In this document: in pieces, positions 12,101 to 25,692 of the stretch
How positions within the stretch are numbered: position 1 is the stretch's first letter
How the letters are laid out: the number at the start of each line of letters is the position of its first letter
Origin: Eledone cirrhosa
Lineage: Eukaryota
Assembly: GCA_964016885.1 (NCBI GenBank)
Contig: OZ024741.1
Coordinates: 182,776,001-182,840,000, forward strand
DNA length: 64,000 bases
Reading direction: 5' to 3'
Position numbers and translations under genes: made by a program
Notes under the pieces: model-generated
What the model was told of the DNA's origin: nothing
Seen by the model: only the letters and a program-made list of their open reading frames with translations
The model's database searches: none

Positions 12101-15100
12101 CATGACCCTATGATCATGAGTACAACACCCTAACCATTACTCTCTTATTTGGGGCCTGAGAGTAGGCTATGCACCTTCACTAAGGGAACAAAAACAAAGA
12201 TATATATATATATATATTTTTTTTTAAACTTACAATTTGACTTTGTTCCAGTCATTTCCTGTTTTCGATTTAAAGACCTTGCAGAATTCTTTTACAGCAT
12301 CTTCAACTAAAGGAAAAGGTGTGTGCTGAAATTGTCCTCTGTCTCCAATACGTCCCCATCGTGTGAACAAAATATATATGTCCTTGTCTTTTTGCCGTAC
12401 AATCTACAACAAAGGAGGTGAATAATTCTTTATTGGGATAACACAAATATTTTCAGGTAAATACTTTTCTATTATAATAAATTACCTAGTGTCTGTACAC
12501 TATGGTTGGTGATAGGAAGGGCATCCAGCCATATAAAATCTGCTACATAAAATATTGTCATGTCAAAGACTTGACAACCTCCCTAGTGCTGCTGATGATG
12601 ATAGTTTTGTGGGAATGAACAACAACAGATAATACCAATTCCAGTACTTGACTAGTACTTATTTTATTTGATTCCAGAAGAATGAGAAGCAATGTTGATT
12701 TTACAGCAGGATTTGAACACAGAATTCAAAAGGGTGTAAGTGAATACAGCAAAGCATTTTGTATAATGCATTACTAATTCTGGCATCCACCAACCTTAAC
12801 CTTTTTCATACCAAACTGCCTGATTCTTTCATGTTAAGCTGTTTATTCTAGCGTTTATATTTTTATCTAAATCTGCATACGAACAGCAATGTTGCATGGC
12901 AGTGAGACCTGGGCATTGTGTGCAGAGGATATACGCAGACTAGAGAGGAACGAAGCTTGCATGCTCCGCTGGATGTGTAATAGTAATATACGTGAACGGC
13001 AAAGCATAAACGAACTAAGGAAAAAATTAGAAATAAGAGGGATCAGATGTTGTTTACTCGAGAGAAGGCTACGTTGGTATGGTCACGTGATGCGCATGAA
13101 AGACGACAGCTGTATAACAAAGTGCAGGGCAATAAAGTTAGACGGTAGCCACGGCGTAGGCAGACTCAGAAAAACCTGGGACGAGCTGATAAATTCCGAC
13201 CTCACACACTTACACCTCTCCAAGACAATGTCACTGGACCGAGACCTTTGGCGGTACTCAGTAATAGAGAAGACCCGCCTTACCTAAATACAAAGTAAAA
13301 CCTACTACAGTCAGTAGGCATCTCTAACAAAATACACCCCCGTCCCACCACCCCCACCCCATTCAATGTAAAGTTATGTTGGTGCCACAACATCCAGGCC
13401 GAAACAAATGAGATCGTGTAGGTGTCACGACAAAAAAACACACAGTCCACGCTGTAATGTGACCGTGTAGGCAACACGGTAAAAACCTCCCAGCCCCACA
13501 CTGTAAATGTGGTTGGTGTTAGGAAGGGCATCCAGCTGTAGAAAACCCGCCAGACAGTCCACGCTGTAATGTGGCCGTGTAGGCAACACGGTAAAAACCT
13601 CCCAGCCCCACACTGTAAATGTGGTTGGTGTTAGGAAGGGCATCCAGCTGTAGAAAACCCGCCAGACAGTCCTATTCGAGCAAGACAACCACTCTTGCCT
13701 CAAGTGGGAAAACTCCCATCCAAACCTATGCAAGCGTGGAACATGGACGTTAAACGATGATGATGATGATCATCATCATCATCCAACAGTTTTACATAAA
13801 AACTTTATGATAGTGAGCAAGTTAGATATACTACTAAATCCCTCCAAATCCTTGTTTTCAAAATTACTTGAAAATAATAGACATCATCATCACCATCACC
13901 ATCACCATTTAATATCTATTTTTCATGCTTCCTTGGGTTAGACAGGTTATCACATTCCAGAGCTAGATTGGGCAGGTGACTGTGTCTTGTTTTATGGATT
14001 CTACAGCTGGATGTCCTTCCTAACATCAACCACTTTACAGCATGTACTGAGAGCATTTTATCATGACTCCAGCACTACCACCTTACACTCTTTGTTGTGG
14101 CATCAGCACTACTGTCTTACAGTTCAGTCTCTGTACTTTTTATCATGATACTAACACCACTCGCACCCAACAGTTTCTTTCATTAGAAATATGGTAACAA
14201 AAGGGCTAATAGTGTTTTCAGACAAGGAGAGGTGTAGTCTATCAAATATATTGACACCTCAACTTTGAAAGGAAAAAAAACCTAAGTTGTTTCCAACAGA
14301 AAATGTACAAGATAATGGGAATAAAGCTAATAATGAATGTTATGAAAAGAAAGGTAATGAGACAGCAGAATCATATGTTAAGAAATGATGAAGATGGTTG
14401 AGTGAGAAGAGTGATGGAAATGAACATAGAAAAATAGTGAAGGAAGAAACAAAAAAATCAGAGGTTGATGAGGGGGAATACTGATAACGAGGTAGAATGG
14501 AAAAGCCTTTCATGGAATACACAAAGCTAACCCCTGTTTTAACAAAGGAAATAACTTTAAAATGATTGTCAATTTGGGAAAAGCCTATTTACAATCATTA
14601 TTTTATGACCATTTTATCCATGCTTGCAAAGGTTGAATGGGCTTTCTCCAGAAGTAGTTGATAGCTTTTGTTGCCTATGTGATCTAATTAGCTGTGAAGG
14701 AGGGATGGCTGAAACATAGTAGCCAGAATAAGAAACGGGTGAAAAAGCTTCAGGGAGCTATTACCTCTGCTCGCAACAAAACTACTCTCTCATAGAGTAG
14801 ATGGCAAATTATATGATGTTTGTGCACAAAGTGCAATGCCACATGATAACAAAATATAGGCAAGGATGCTGTTCATGATGTGTATTGTCAGAATGTATTA
14901 ACAACAGAGTACAGACATGCGATGAACAAGTACCAAGAGATCTAAGAAGAAAGAGCCTTTAGAAAAGGAAAACTAAGGAAAACGTGGAAAGAAATGGTAA
15001 AGGCTGATCTCACAATGTTGAACCCTATGAAGGAGAGATGACAAGAAAATACAGCAAGCAGCAATATGTGGTGCGGGAGAAAAAGCATCCAAGCCATATC

Positions 15101-18100
15101 AAAATAACAATGACTCCATGTAACCATAACAACACAGAAAAACTGGCTGGAAGGTTGTAGTTCCAAATCAACCAAAAAACAAATAGATCACAAATAAAAT
15201 TGAAAATTATTAAGTCATGTTTCATTCAAAATACAAGTTGGAAAATAATTGAAATCTTACCTGCATTTTATAAAAATTAAACATTCCCCATACACCACAG
15301 CAAACATCTACCTTGGTTAATAGAACGTCATATGGTAAATTTTGGTTTGTATCATATAGTATTTCACTGCAATAAACATATAGGATTGTTTTAATAATAA
15401 TTGGTTTTAACATAGCCACATGGCCAATAATTATTTGAAGGGCTCGGAAAGTTGATTAAATCATCTCCAGTACTTTACTGGTACTTTATTTTATCAACCT
15501 CAGAAGGATAAAAGGTAAAGTTGACCGTGACAGGATTTGAACTCAGAATGTAAGAAGTTGTAACTAAATTCCACAAAGCATTTTGTCTAGGACTCTAATG
15601 TTCTACCAATCTACCCATTTAGGACAAATGAGAACCTGTGCTAGTCAAGTTATGAGGCCCCAAACATTTGAAAAATTAATCACAAAAAATTTTGTTGGCA
15701 CTCTAATGATTCTGCAATCCATCTCTATAATAACAATAAACTATTTTAAAGCCATTAACTCTTCCTGTAATAATTTAGCAGAAAATAACTAAAACCGGGT
15801 TTGTCAATTCAAATATTTATAATGTTTTTAATAGATTGTTGTGAAAATTCGCAAGTAAAATCTTGAATATTTAATGTGATGCAGTCATAGAACTGTTTTG
15901 TACTGTGTTGCTAATGTAGCTTCATGTGAACATTAAAAGTGTACAAGCTTTCAAAAATTATTCTGGTTATGTGCTGCTGGTGGAGACAGCCTGGTATACA
16001 ATACTTTCCACTATTTTATCAAATACAACCACCTCTTTTTAAAGGGTTCCTATTTAAATTAAGATCTTCTCACATAATTTTATGTAAAAATGTTTTTGTT
16101 ATGTTATAAATTTTTTAAGGCCCTCATCAGTCACTGATGACCATGGATTTTCACCTAGAAAATTCCCCTCCAAGGCACAAGCCTGAGCAAGGTTTGTTTG
16201 TGGAAGACCAGCAGTCACTCATGCATACCAGTCTCCCCTCTCCATGTCACCGATGTTGTCCAAGGGAAAGGCAATGGCCAATACAGCTTGGCACCAGTGA
16301 CGTTGCAACTCATTTCTACAGCTGTAGTGCAACATGAAATACGGTGTCTTGCTCAAGGACACAACGCATCACTCGGTCTGAGAATCGAATTCAAAACCTC
16401 ATGATTGCAAGCCCAGCACTCTAACCACTATGTTATAAATACCATCTTAATAATGAAACAACAATTTTAGTAAATCCCTTCAAATCCTTTGTGAATTAAT
16501 TGAAATACAGTGTATTTCATTAAAAATATGGCCAACAGCTTGTGGAATGATTGAGTCATTCAGAAACTGTTTTGTAACATTTTTTTATACCAATGTTATA
16601 TGGTGGGTTGCACTATGTAACAGTGCATTTTGTTAGAAATATGGTCATGAAAATGGGTAAACAATAAACAAATAAAAGTCAACTGAACTTAGCCTCATAT
16701 TCATACTTCTCTATTAAATCCCCCGTCTGTTATAATCAGCAAATAACCATTGATTAAGATAAAATATACTCACCCAGTTGTTTTAATATTGCAATTAGCA
16801 TCAGGTACAGGCATGTCATCTTTGTCATTGCATATGCTTGCGTTTTGATTCAGCAGAACCACCATAGATTGACCATCTTCTTCAAAGTTCACAGTCGGCA
16901 ATGTGCTGACTAAAGCATCAGTCTCACCTAAGCACGTAAAAGTTGGCTTTTCCTTAAAAAGAAGGGAAAAAAAGATCATGATGAAACCAAACAAAGAGCT
17001 TAAATCAACTATAAAATAACAAGCACCATTAAATGTTAGGTTAACAGATTCATCCACTGAAAGTAATTTACCTAATGCAATGGTTTAAACTGATTCTGCA
17101 AAAACATCTAAGGATGATAATGTTTATCTTTGAGGGGCAGTTATTTCAAAATCAACAAATTAGAAGCAGTACATGAATTACAGGAGGATATGAAAAGCCT
17201 AGTGCTACTGATATTGGTCCTCAACAAACAGTCACATCAAGTTCACAACTTATACAAACTGCTCAAATTGCCGGAGGATGTAAAAATCTTATGTTTTGAA
17301 GAGGAATAATGCAATAGATATAGTAAGTTGCAGTTTTCCTAGCTTATGAAATTATTGTGCAACATCACTATCATAATTATTTAACATCTGTTTTCACTGT
17401 TAGTATGGATTGGACATGTTGTCACAGTACTATTAATAATTGTTTCTACTTAAGGAACAAGGCCAGCAATTACCCAGTGTATTACTGGTACTTTATTTTA
17501 TCGACCCCGTAAGGATGAAAGGCAAAGTCAACCTCGGCGGGATTTGAACTCAGATCGTAAAGGGACATAACTATGCTGGAAAGCATGGCGTCCGACCCTC
17601 TACTGATACTGCCAATCCACAATATAATTTAATATAGTGTGTGTACATATACTTCAGGTCCGAACACAAAGAAACCAAACTCCTACTGTCATTGCCTGTT
17701 TCTCCCGTTTTCCCCATCTCTCACTATTATGAGCAATTGGAGGGCCCATGCACTGGCTGTCAGGCGCCCCGGTGGACAGAATAGAGAAGGCATTAGTTAG
17801 TACTTGTGAGGAGTTATTAACCTCTCAGATGAGCCAGGAGCCTGCAATATATATCGTTAATATCATTCAATGAATATTATTGAACCCTCATTTAAGTTTC
17901 ATGGACACATGCAAAATTTATGTGGATGCAAAGCAAGCATCATGACCAAAGAATGCAGTGCCAATTTCAAAAAACACAAGACTATCAGAAAATTAAACAA
18001 TGTAAACTCTACTTTGAAGAATATGAATTAACAAATAAATTTCCTTAAACCTCCCCTGGTTCTATGATACAAAACTGCTTGCTTTAAAGTGTATATAGTT

Positions 18101-21100
18101 ATCTAAAACCTTCATATTTTTATATATGAACTATTGTTATGTTATGTTCCAAACACCAGTTTAAGAATGATAAAGTTATATTACTAAATCCTCCAAATTC
18201 TTTGACCATTTTCAAAACTATTTGAAAATCATACGCAGTATCTTTCATTATAAATATGGTAATGAAAGGGTTAAGCTACTATAAACGAGATACTAAAATG
18301 GATCAGTATTGTAAAATTCTATAGCAGATGCAAAAAAAACACTTACCCATTTATCTCGCTCAACATTTGTAAGTTTCTGCAGCATACGAGCTAGTTTAGG
18401 TGCTCCATTCATTAGAGTATGTTTCAGAGGAGATAAGCCAGCAGTATCTTCATACTCTAGAGGAGCACCAGCTTTGAAGAGCACATAGAGGATTTCATCA
18501 TTATCATAGGTACCATACTCAAGGGGGCATACAAGATGATGTAGGACAGTTCGACCATCATTGTCAGTGTAGTTCAAATTCACACTACTGGTTTTCTCAA
18601 CTGTAGGGATGTTATCTGAAATAATGGATTAGACTGAATGTTTACAAAGGAAACCAATGAATTTGACAACTGTCTATACAGGCATAGAATAAAGTGTGTG
18701 CATGTGCATACATGACAGAGAGAGAGACAAGATGTTCATAACAATTGACACTTCAAAATGACTGACAATTTTTTTCTTTGGAAAATAATACACTGCATAT
18801 ACTTGGATATAAGTTGCACTTTCTCAACGAAAATACATGAAGAACCAGCATGCAAGTTCTCTCCAAAACCTAGAAAACCCCTAACTCAAAGTATATGGTA
18901 CATAGTAAATGTTGTTGTATGTAAAATCAATGTGCAGCTTATACATGAGATGGAGGGTATGTGTGTGTATGTGTGTATGGAATGGGGTAGCGTTATCATC
19001 ATTTAAGGGTTGGATGAGTCTTCACAGAGTGAGTCAGTACTTAAGCAGTGCTACTGATCTCACAGGCCTGCATCTTGCTGACATACGTTCCCATGCTCAA
19101 CTGAGTGCATTTTATTGTGACACCAGCACGATGGAGGTTATGCTAATGTGTGTGTGTGCAAATGATATGCTTAACAGTGCACTTCAGACACTGTATTTTA
19201 AGTATAAAGTATATCTATTGTAGTAATAAGTTTTAGCCAGAACTGCACACACCTACAACGGTGTGTGCATATCAGAACTATCTGCTAAGTGGTAAAGGAA
19301 CAAACAGAAACACTGTAGAGTACACTTAGAATAGGAGTAAATAATGGTTTCAGATTTAGGCACAAGGCCAACAATTTTTGGGGAAAGGGAAAGTCGATTA
19401 AATCAACCCCAGTGCATTACTGGTTCTTTATTTTCTCAACCCCTTAAGGATGAAAGGCAAAGCTAACCTTGGTGGGATTTGAACTCAGAACATAAAGGGC
19501 CATAACTCTCTGCCACTAAGCATGTTGTCCGACGCTCTACCGATTCTGCCAATCCACCGCCCTATTAATAACAATGCTTTAGTCTTGCTGAGGACATGAC
19601 ACTTCTTTAATGTTGGTACCTTTTCTGGCTAGTAAAGATTGATTTGAAATCTTTAGGAGCTGCTTGAATTTGCACATTAAAATCACCGAAGCAGCTAGTG
19701 GTGATACAGAGACTCCTAATAATTATCATGTGACCTGATCCTTAAACAATAAATTATAAATAATTAACATAAAGATCCTTACCAAAGCGCATGCTTGATG
19801 ATTGACTACCCAATTTCAGTAGTGACGAAGCTTTGGAACTCAAACGTGGGAAAATTGGTTTCTTTTCTTGAGGAGCGAAATCAACTTCGTCATCCTCCAG
19901 TTCATCAGTGTCATGTCCATCATCATCATCATCATCGTCATCATTGTCGTCAACATTCTCGTCATCATCACCATCATCATCTCCACCATCACCGTCGTCA
20001 TTGTCGTCTTTCTCCTCATCACTGCCTTTGTCACTGCAGTCTGTGGCAGCATCAGCTGCATCTGCATCCTCCTGATCGTCATCATCCCCTTCATCACTAC
20101 TGTGCTCGTCTCCATTTTCTATATCAGCCTCTTTGTCAGCAGAATCGGTGCCATCAATGCCTGTCGATGCCCTTGCTTCATTGGGTTCATCGTCAGCGCA
20201 ATTGTTGCCATTAGTATGTGCTGATGCTTTGCTCTCCATATCTATCATCTTCAGGTTAAACACCTGTCGAGATGACTTTCGGTTGAGCTGTTGGTCCACC
20301 TTATTGATATCTTTGTTCTGCTCTGGATGGTAGTCATAATTCAGCAGTAACTTCACTATATTGATGTCATTCTAAACAGAAAAAGAATCAACAGACTATA
20401 TTGATGTCATTCTAAACAGAGTGAGAACATACACACTATGTAAATTGATATCATTCTAAACAGAGTGAGAACATACACACTATGTAAATTGATATCATTC
20501 TAAACAGAGACAGAACACACACTATGTAAATTGATATCATTCTAAACAGAGTGAGAACATACACACTATGTAAATTGATATCATTCTAAACAGAGACAGA
20601 ACACACACTATGTAAATTGATGTCATTCTAAACAGAGACAGAACACACACTATGTAAATTGATATCATTCTAAACAGAGACAGAACACACACTATGTAAA
20701 TTGATATCATTCTAAACAGAGTGAGAACACACACTATGTAAATTGATATCATTCTAAACAGAGTGAGAACATACACACTATGTATATTGATATCATTCTA
20801 AACAGAGACAGAACACACACTATGTAAATTGATATCATTCTAAACAGAGACAGAACACACACTATGTAAATTGATGTCATTCTAAACAGAGACAGAACAC
20901 ACACTATGTAAATTGATATCATTCTAAACAGAGTGAGAACATACACACTATGTAAATTGATATCATTCTAAACAGAGACAGAACACACACTATGTAAATT
21001 GATATCATTCTAAACAGAGTGAGAACATACACACTATGTATATTGATATCATTCTAAACAGAGAAAGAAAACATATACTATGTATATTGATGACTTTCTA

Positions 21101-24100
21101 AACACACAGAGACAGAACACATACACAATATTTATATCATTCTAAACAGAGACAGAACACAAAGGTACACGCAGAGACTATATCACTTTCATTTTTGAGA
21201 CATTTACAGTAATTCAAATGTTTAGTTATGTAGCAGTATAAAACATTAAGAGAGGGGTGGAGGGGATTGTACTGATGTGTGGAGGGGGTGATAGAAATGA
21301 AGAGAATAAAGGAGGTGGCTAGAACATGATGGTATGTGGTATGTCTCTTTGGTACAGTTATATATACTAATGCACAATGCAACATGTGGCAGTGGGTTGC
21401 TTGTGGAATGGAGGTAAAAGAGAGTGAAAGTGTCTGTGTATAGTATGTGAGAGTGGGGTGATGAAAGAGTGTATAGGTGAGGGAAGAGTATATGTATGAG
21501 AGGGATAAGAAAGTATTATGTGCATGAAAGAGAGGAGGGGTGGAGGAAAGTGTATATGAGAGAGTTAGAGAAGTAAATGTGTATGAATGAGAAGGGAGAA
21601 TATAGAGGAAGAGTGTACAAAATTGATGAATAAAGAGAGAAACACTGAGAAAAAGGAAGTGAATGTGTGAGTAGTGTGCTATATGTGTGAAAAGAGTTAG
21701 TGTGGAATATGTGTGAGAAGTTAGTGTGGTATATGTGTGAGAAGTTAGTGTGGTATATGTGTGAGAAGTTAGTGGTATATGTGTGAGAAGAGTTAGTGTG
21801 GTATACATGAGAGAAGAAAGGTCAATATGGTAATGTGTGTGGGAGATGAAGGAGACTGAAGCAGAAAGGGAATGTCGTTGCAGTGGGATCTGTATTGTTA
21901 ATTACTCGGTTTAGAAGAAATCTAATGGCTATTACATAAACTAAACACTTCTGAGCCTTGAGCCTCATCTAAATATACTGTCAATTGCCCTGTTTATATT
22001 AAAACACATTGTAAGTTGAACCTCTGAGCCCTGTGTCCTGCCTTGATATATTGTCAACTGCCCTGTTTAAAAAAAAATACATACTAAGTGAAACAAATTA
22101 TAGCGAATACTCTTCCACTGATGATCACAAGATCTTTCCAACCCCCACCCAATTTTTTTTTTACTATAAAGAGAGCAGTGGGAAGGATGGAAGAAGAAAG
22201 CTATTCTCAAATTGAATACTTGTCCTGAATGCTTGCAATAAGGTAGAGCCTGCTAAAGGCTCCCAAGAACCAGGTAGTGTTGTTAACCCATGTAAGAAAA
22301 ATTTATCAACCCTAAAAGGATGAAATGCAAAGTTGACTTCTGCAGGATTTGAATTCAGGAGTGCAGAGAGTCAGAACAGTTACTGGTGTTTTGTTCTGTG
22401 CCCTAATGACTGCCAATGCACTGCCTATAACACAGGGTTGCTAACCAAGAACAAGTCTTCACAGTAAGACTATTTTTAATGTACACAAGATAAGTTATTT
22501 TATGTGACAGGGTAAATAATTATTTACGTCAGATCTCAGGACTCTGCTTCTCACAGTTAGATGACAAAAACACATAATTAAAATAATCAAGATCATATTC
22601 AAACTGTGAATATGATGTTAATTATCATGCCTACCTTTTTAACTGCATGCATTATTGGTGTCAAACCTTTTTCATCGGCAAAATTTGGAGAAGCTCCATT
22701 TTTTAGGAGATACCGAACAAGATTATAATTGTAAGAGCATATGGCAAAAATGAGAGGTGTGATGAGTGGGCCTTCACAGCGGCTAAAATAGTTGGTTCTT
22801 TCAAAGTTGATTTGTTCGCCAAACAAGAGATGGTGAGGTGGTGGCAGGTCAAACAAAATATCTAGAGAAGCACCAAGCTTCATCAACATTGTTAGCCATT
22901 CCCTAGTAAAGGTGAAACAAGAAAAGTAAGAGAAAATATTAAATGTTGAAAAAGATTTGAAAAAAAAAATTATTTTGAAAAATTGTATCTTCTGTCCCTA
23001 GGAGTATTCTATCGTATTCTACCTGAATTTTTCAAATATTATCATAGTCATCTGGGTGGGATGACTATATTTCAAATTTCAAATTTCCCCAATGCTTCTT
23101 ACTTCAACCAGATGTTTACACTTTTAACTACAGATCTTAAATATTCTAAAACACAGCAATCAGTGACCAGTTACTCCTTATCATAATGGCTTAATGCACA
23201 TACCTAGCATCCAAAAGATGTGGGGTTTGATGCTTTCAAGCACCTATGTCTACTTTTTCATGTCTCTAGGGACACTTTATCTGATTTTTCTCAACTATTA
23301 TTTATAGTGATTAACTATTGTTTATAATGATCAACTATTATTATATTCATCTGCGTTGGGACAACTACATTTCAAATTTTAAGAAATGGTTATTTGAATC
23401 ATTTTTATAAAAATATTTATTTTTATACAGTAAATTATTGCATAGCAAGTGGAAGTAAATAATTGTTTCTAACTTAGGCACATGGCCAGTAATTTAGGGG
23501 AAAGGAAAAGTTGGTTATATTGACCCAGTAATCGACTGGTACTTTATTTTATCAATCCTGAAAAGACTTTAAACATTCAACATCTGAGATTAGAATTTTT
23601 CCCTCTATTAACAAAACATATATAGAATTGGTTTATCCTATAAAAATGATTATTTAATTAACTAACCTTACTTGAATAATAACATCAATATTTTTTAATA
23701 ATAAGTTAAGAATAGTGTAAACTTTTTTTTTTTAATCTGAAGCCGGTATTACTGTGTGAGGTTACGTTCCTCAAATACATAAAATTCCATTTGCTTATCA
23801 TATCATTGTTTTCATGGCACTGCTATTGACCCCATCTTTAGAGTATATTTACAATACTTATATCTACCCTGTATTTCAATTGATTTTATTTCTGATTTGT
23901 ACCAGCTATTACATTTCTAAATGAGTATCAAGTAACAAGCTGGATTTAAGCTGAGAAGCTTTCGTTCTTAACTAATAATAATGTTGGTGGTGCCGGTAAT
24001 GATGATGGCTTCTATATTTGGCACAATGGCCAGCAATTTTGAGGGGAAGGGGAAAGTTGATTAAACCAATCTCAGTATTTTGACTGCTACTATATTTTAT

Positions 24101-25635
24101 TGACCTCAGAAAGATGATAGGCTTTTATCTTAATAATTTATAAACTTAGAGTAATTTTAGTATGGTCATGTTAAAAAACTATTGATTCTCACTATTTGAC
24201 TCGGGGAGGTAGATAGTGTCAAATACTAAGGGGAGTAATTATATAAGGTCATAAAGGAAAAATGAGTTAAACAATTTATACAAACTTTGCTTCATTACTG
24301 ATGTCAGAAACTTTATCGTAGTTCCAAAAGAAAGCTGCCATGACATCGCGTCCATATCGATCCTTATGTTTGATATCAAGTTGGGGATTTCTGCCTAAAA
24401 ATAAACAATCAAAAAGTTAATTATAACATTACTATGTTTATATATGAATTTACTGTTGACATATGTATGCCTCCTAATGCAAATGACCATAATAATCAAT
24501 ATAGCTAATGACCATATATAATAGTTGATATCGTCAGATAATGTACCCCTGGAGATGGAAAAAACACCTCTGTCCACTTTCTTCTGTCTGCAGGGATACT
24601 TTACCTGATTTTACCAATTATCATTTATAGTGATTGACTACTATTATTATGGTCGCGGTGAATTGGCAGTATCGGTAGAGGGTCAGACGCTATGCTTTCT
24701 AGCATAGTTATGTCTCTTTATGATCTGAGTTCAAATCCCGCCGAGGGTAACTTTGCCTTTCATCCTTACGGGGTCGATAAAATAAAGTACCAGTAACGGA
24801 CTGGGTAATTGCTGGCCTTGTGCCAAAAAGTAGAAACAATTATTATGGTCATTTACATTTGGATGTACACATTTCGAAATTTCAAATTTTTCCAATTCTT
24901 TTTAAATCAACCATTGTTTACTGTTATGTTGTTGTTTTTTTTTATTGCTTAGGTGAGAGGACAGTGACTTTGACTCTTTCAGGGTTTCCATGGCTGGTGG
25001 CAGGGATGTATACCCAAACTAGACACCTGGCCCAAATCTTTGCAACAGAGTGAACTCTGTCAAAAGCATCCAAGATTTGAGTAGTGGTGTTAAACTGAAC
25101 ATAAGATTAAGACTATCAAACAAAAAACTAAGACAAATAAGAATGGTAGTATCAGTAGAAGTAACAGTAGTTATTTGCTATGGACTATGAGTCAATAGTT
25201 AAGATATATTTGTATTGCCATGGTTTGATTTGTCTAGGAGGCTATAGTGGTGAATGGGAGAGAATATACGAGATGAACCACAGGTACTGATCATATAGGA
25301 GTCTATTAAAAATATGCCATTTGGAAATAAATAGAGTGATACTGGAAAATATGCCTCAATTACATTTCATGAGAAAGCTTGAGATGGTAGATTGTATATG
25401 TAAGGATGAATGAATGAATGGAGGTGAACAGGTTTTAAACATACTTTCAGTTGAAAACACTGAAACAAGTGAAAGATTGAATGAAATTAACTAGCTTATA
25501 AAACACATGAAGGGAAGGGGAGGTGAGAGAGGGGGGATAGGATGAGGGGAGTAGTTTCTACATAGACCATATATGATCGAGTGCACGCGATGGTGTACAG
25601 TGAATAAAAAAACATATTGGCTTAGAGTGGTTAGG

Positions 25636-25692
<57 letters not shown>

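Noticed and set aside
19910-19990. Poly-Asp codons derived from a LINE (GAT)n tail
   Set aside because: No adjacent LINE terminus; mixed synonymous codons fit coding slippage better.
19795-20224. His-rich and Ile/Val-rich plus-strand ORFs
   Set aside because: Antisense shadows of the GAT/GAC-rich exon 22.
20356-21160. CRISPR-like array
   Set aside because: Units are contiguous near-identical copies with no unique spacers; eukaryotic intron; no cas genes.
20537-21808. ORFs 20537..20776, 20749..20946 and 21137..21808 as proteins
   Set aside because: By-products of tandem and low-complexity repeats; not needed for the phase-consistent gene model.
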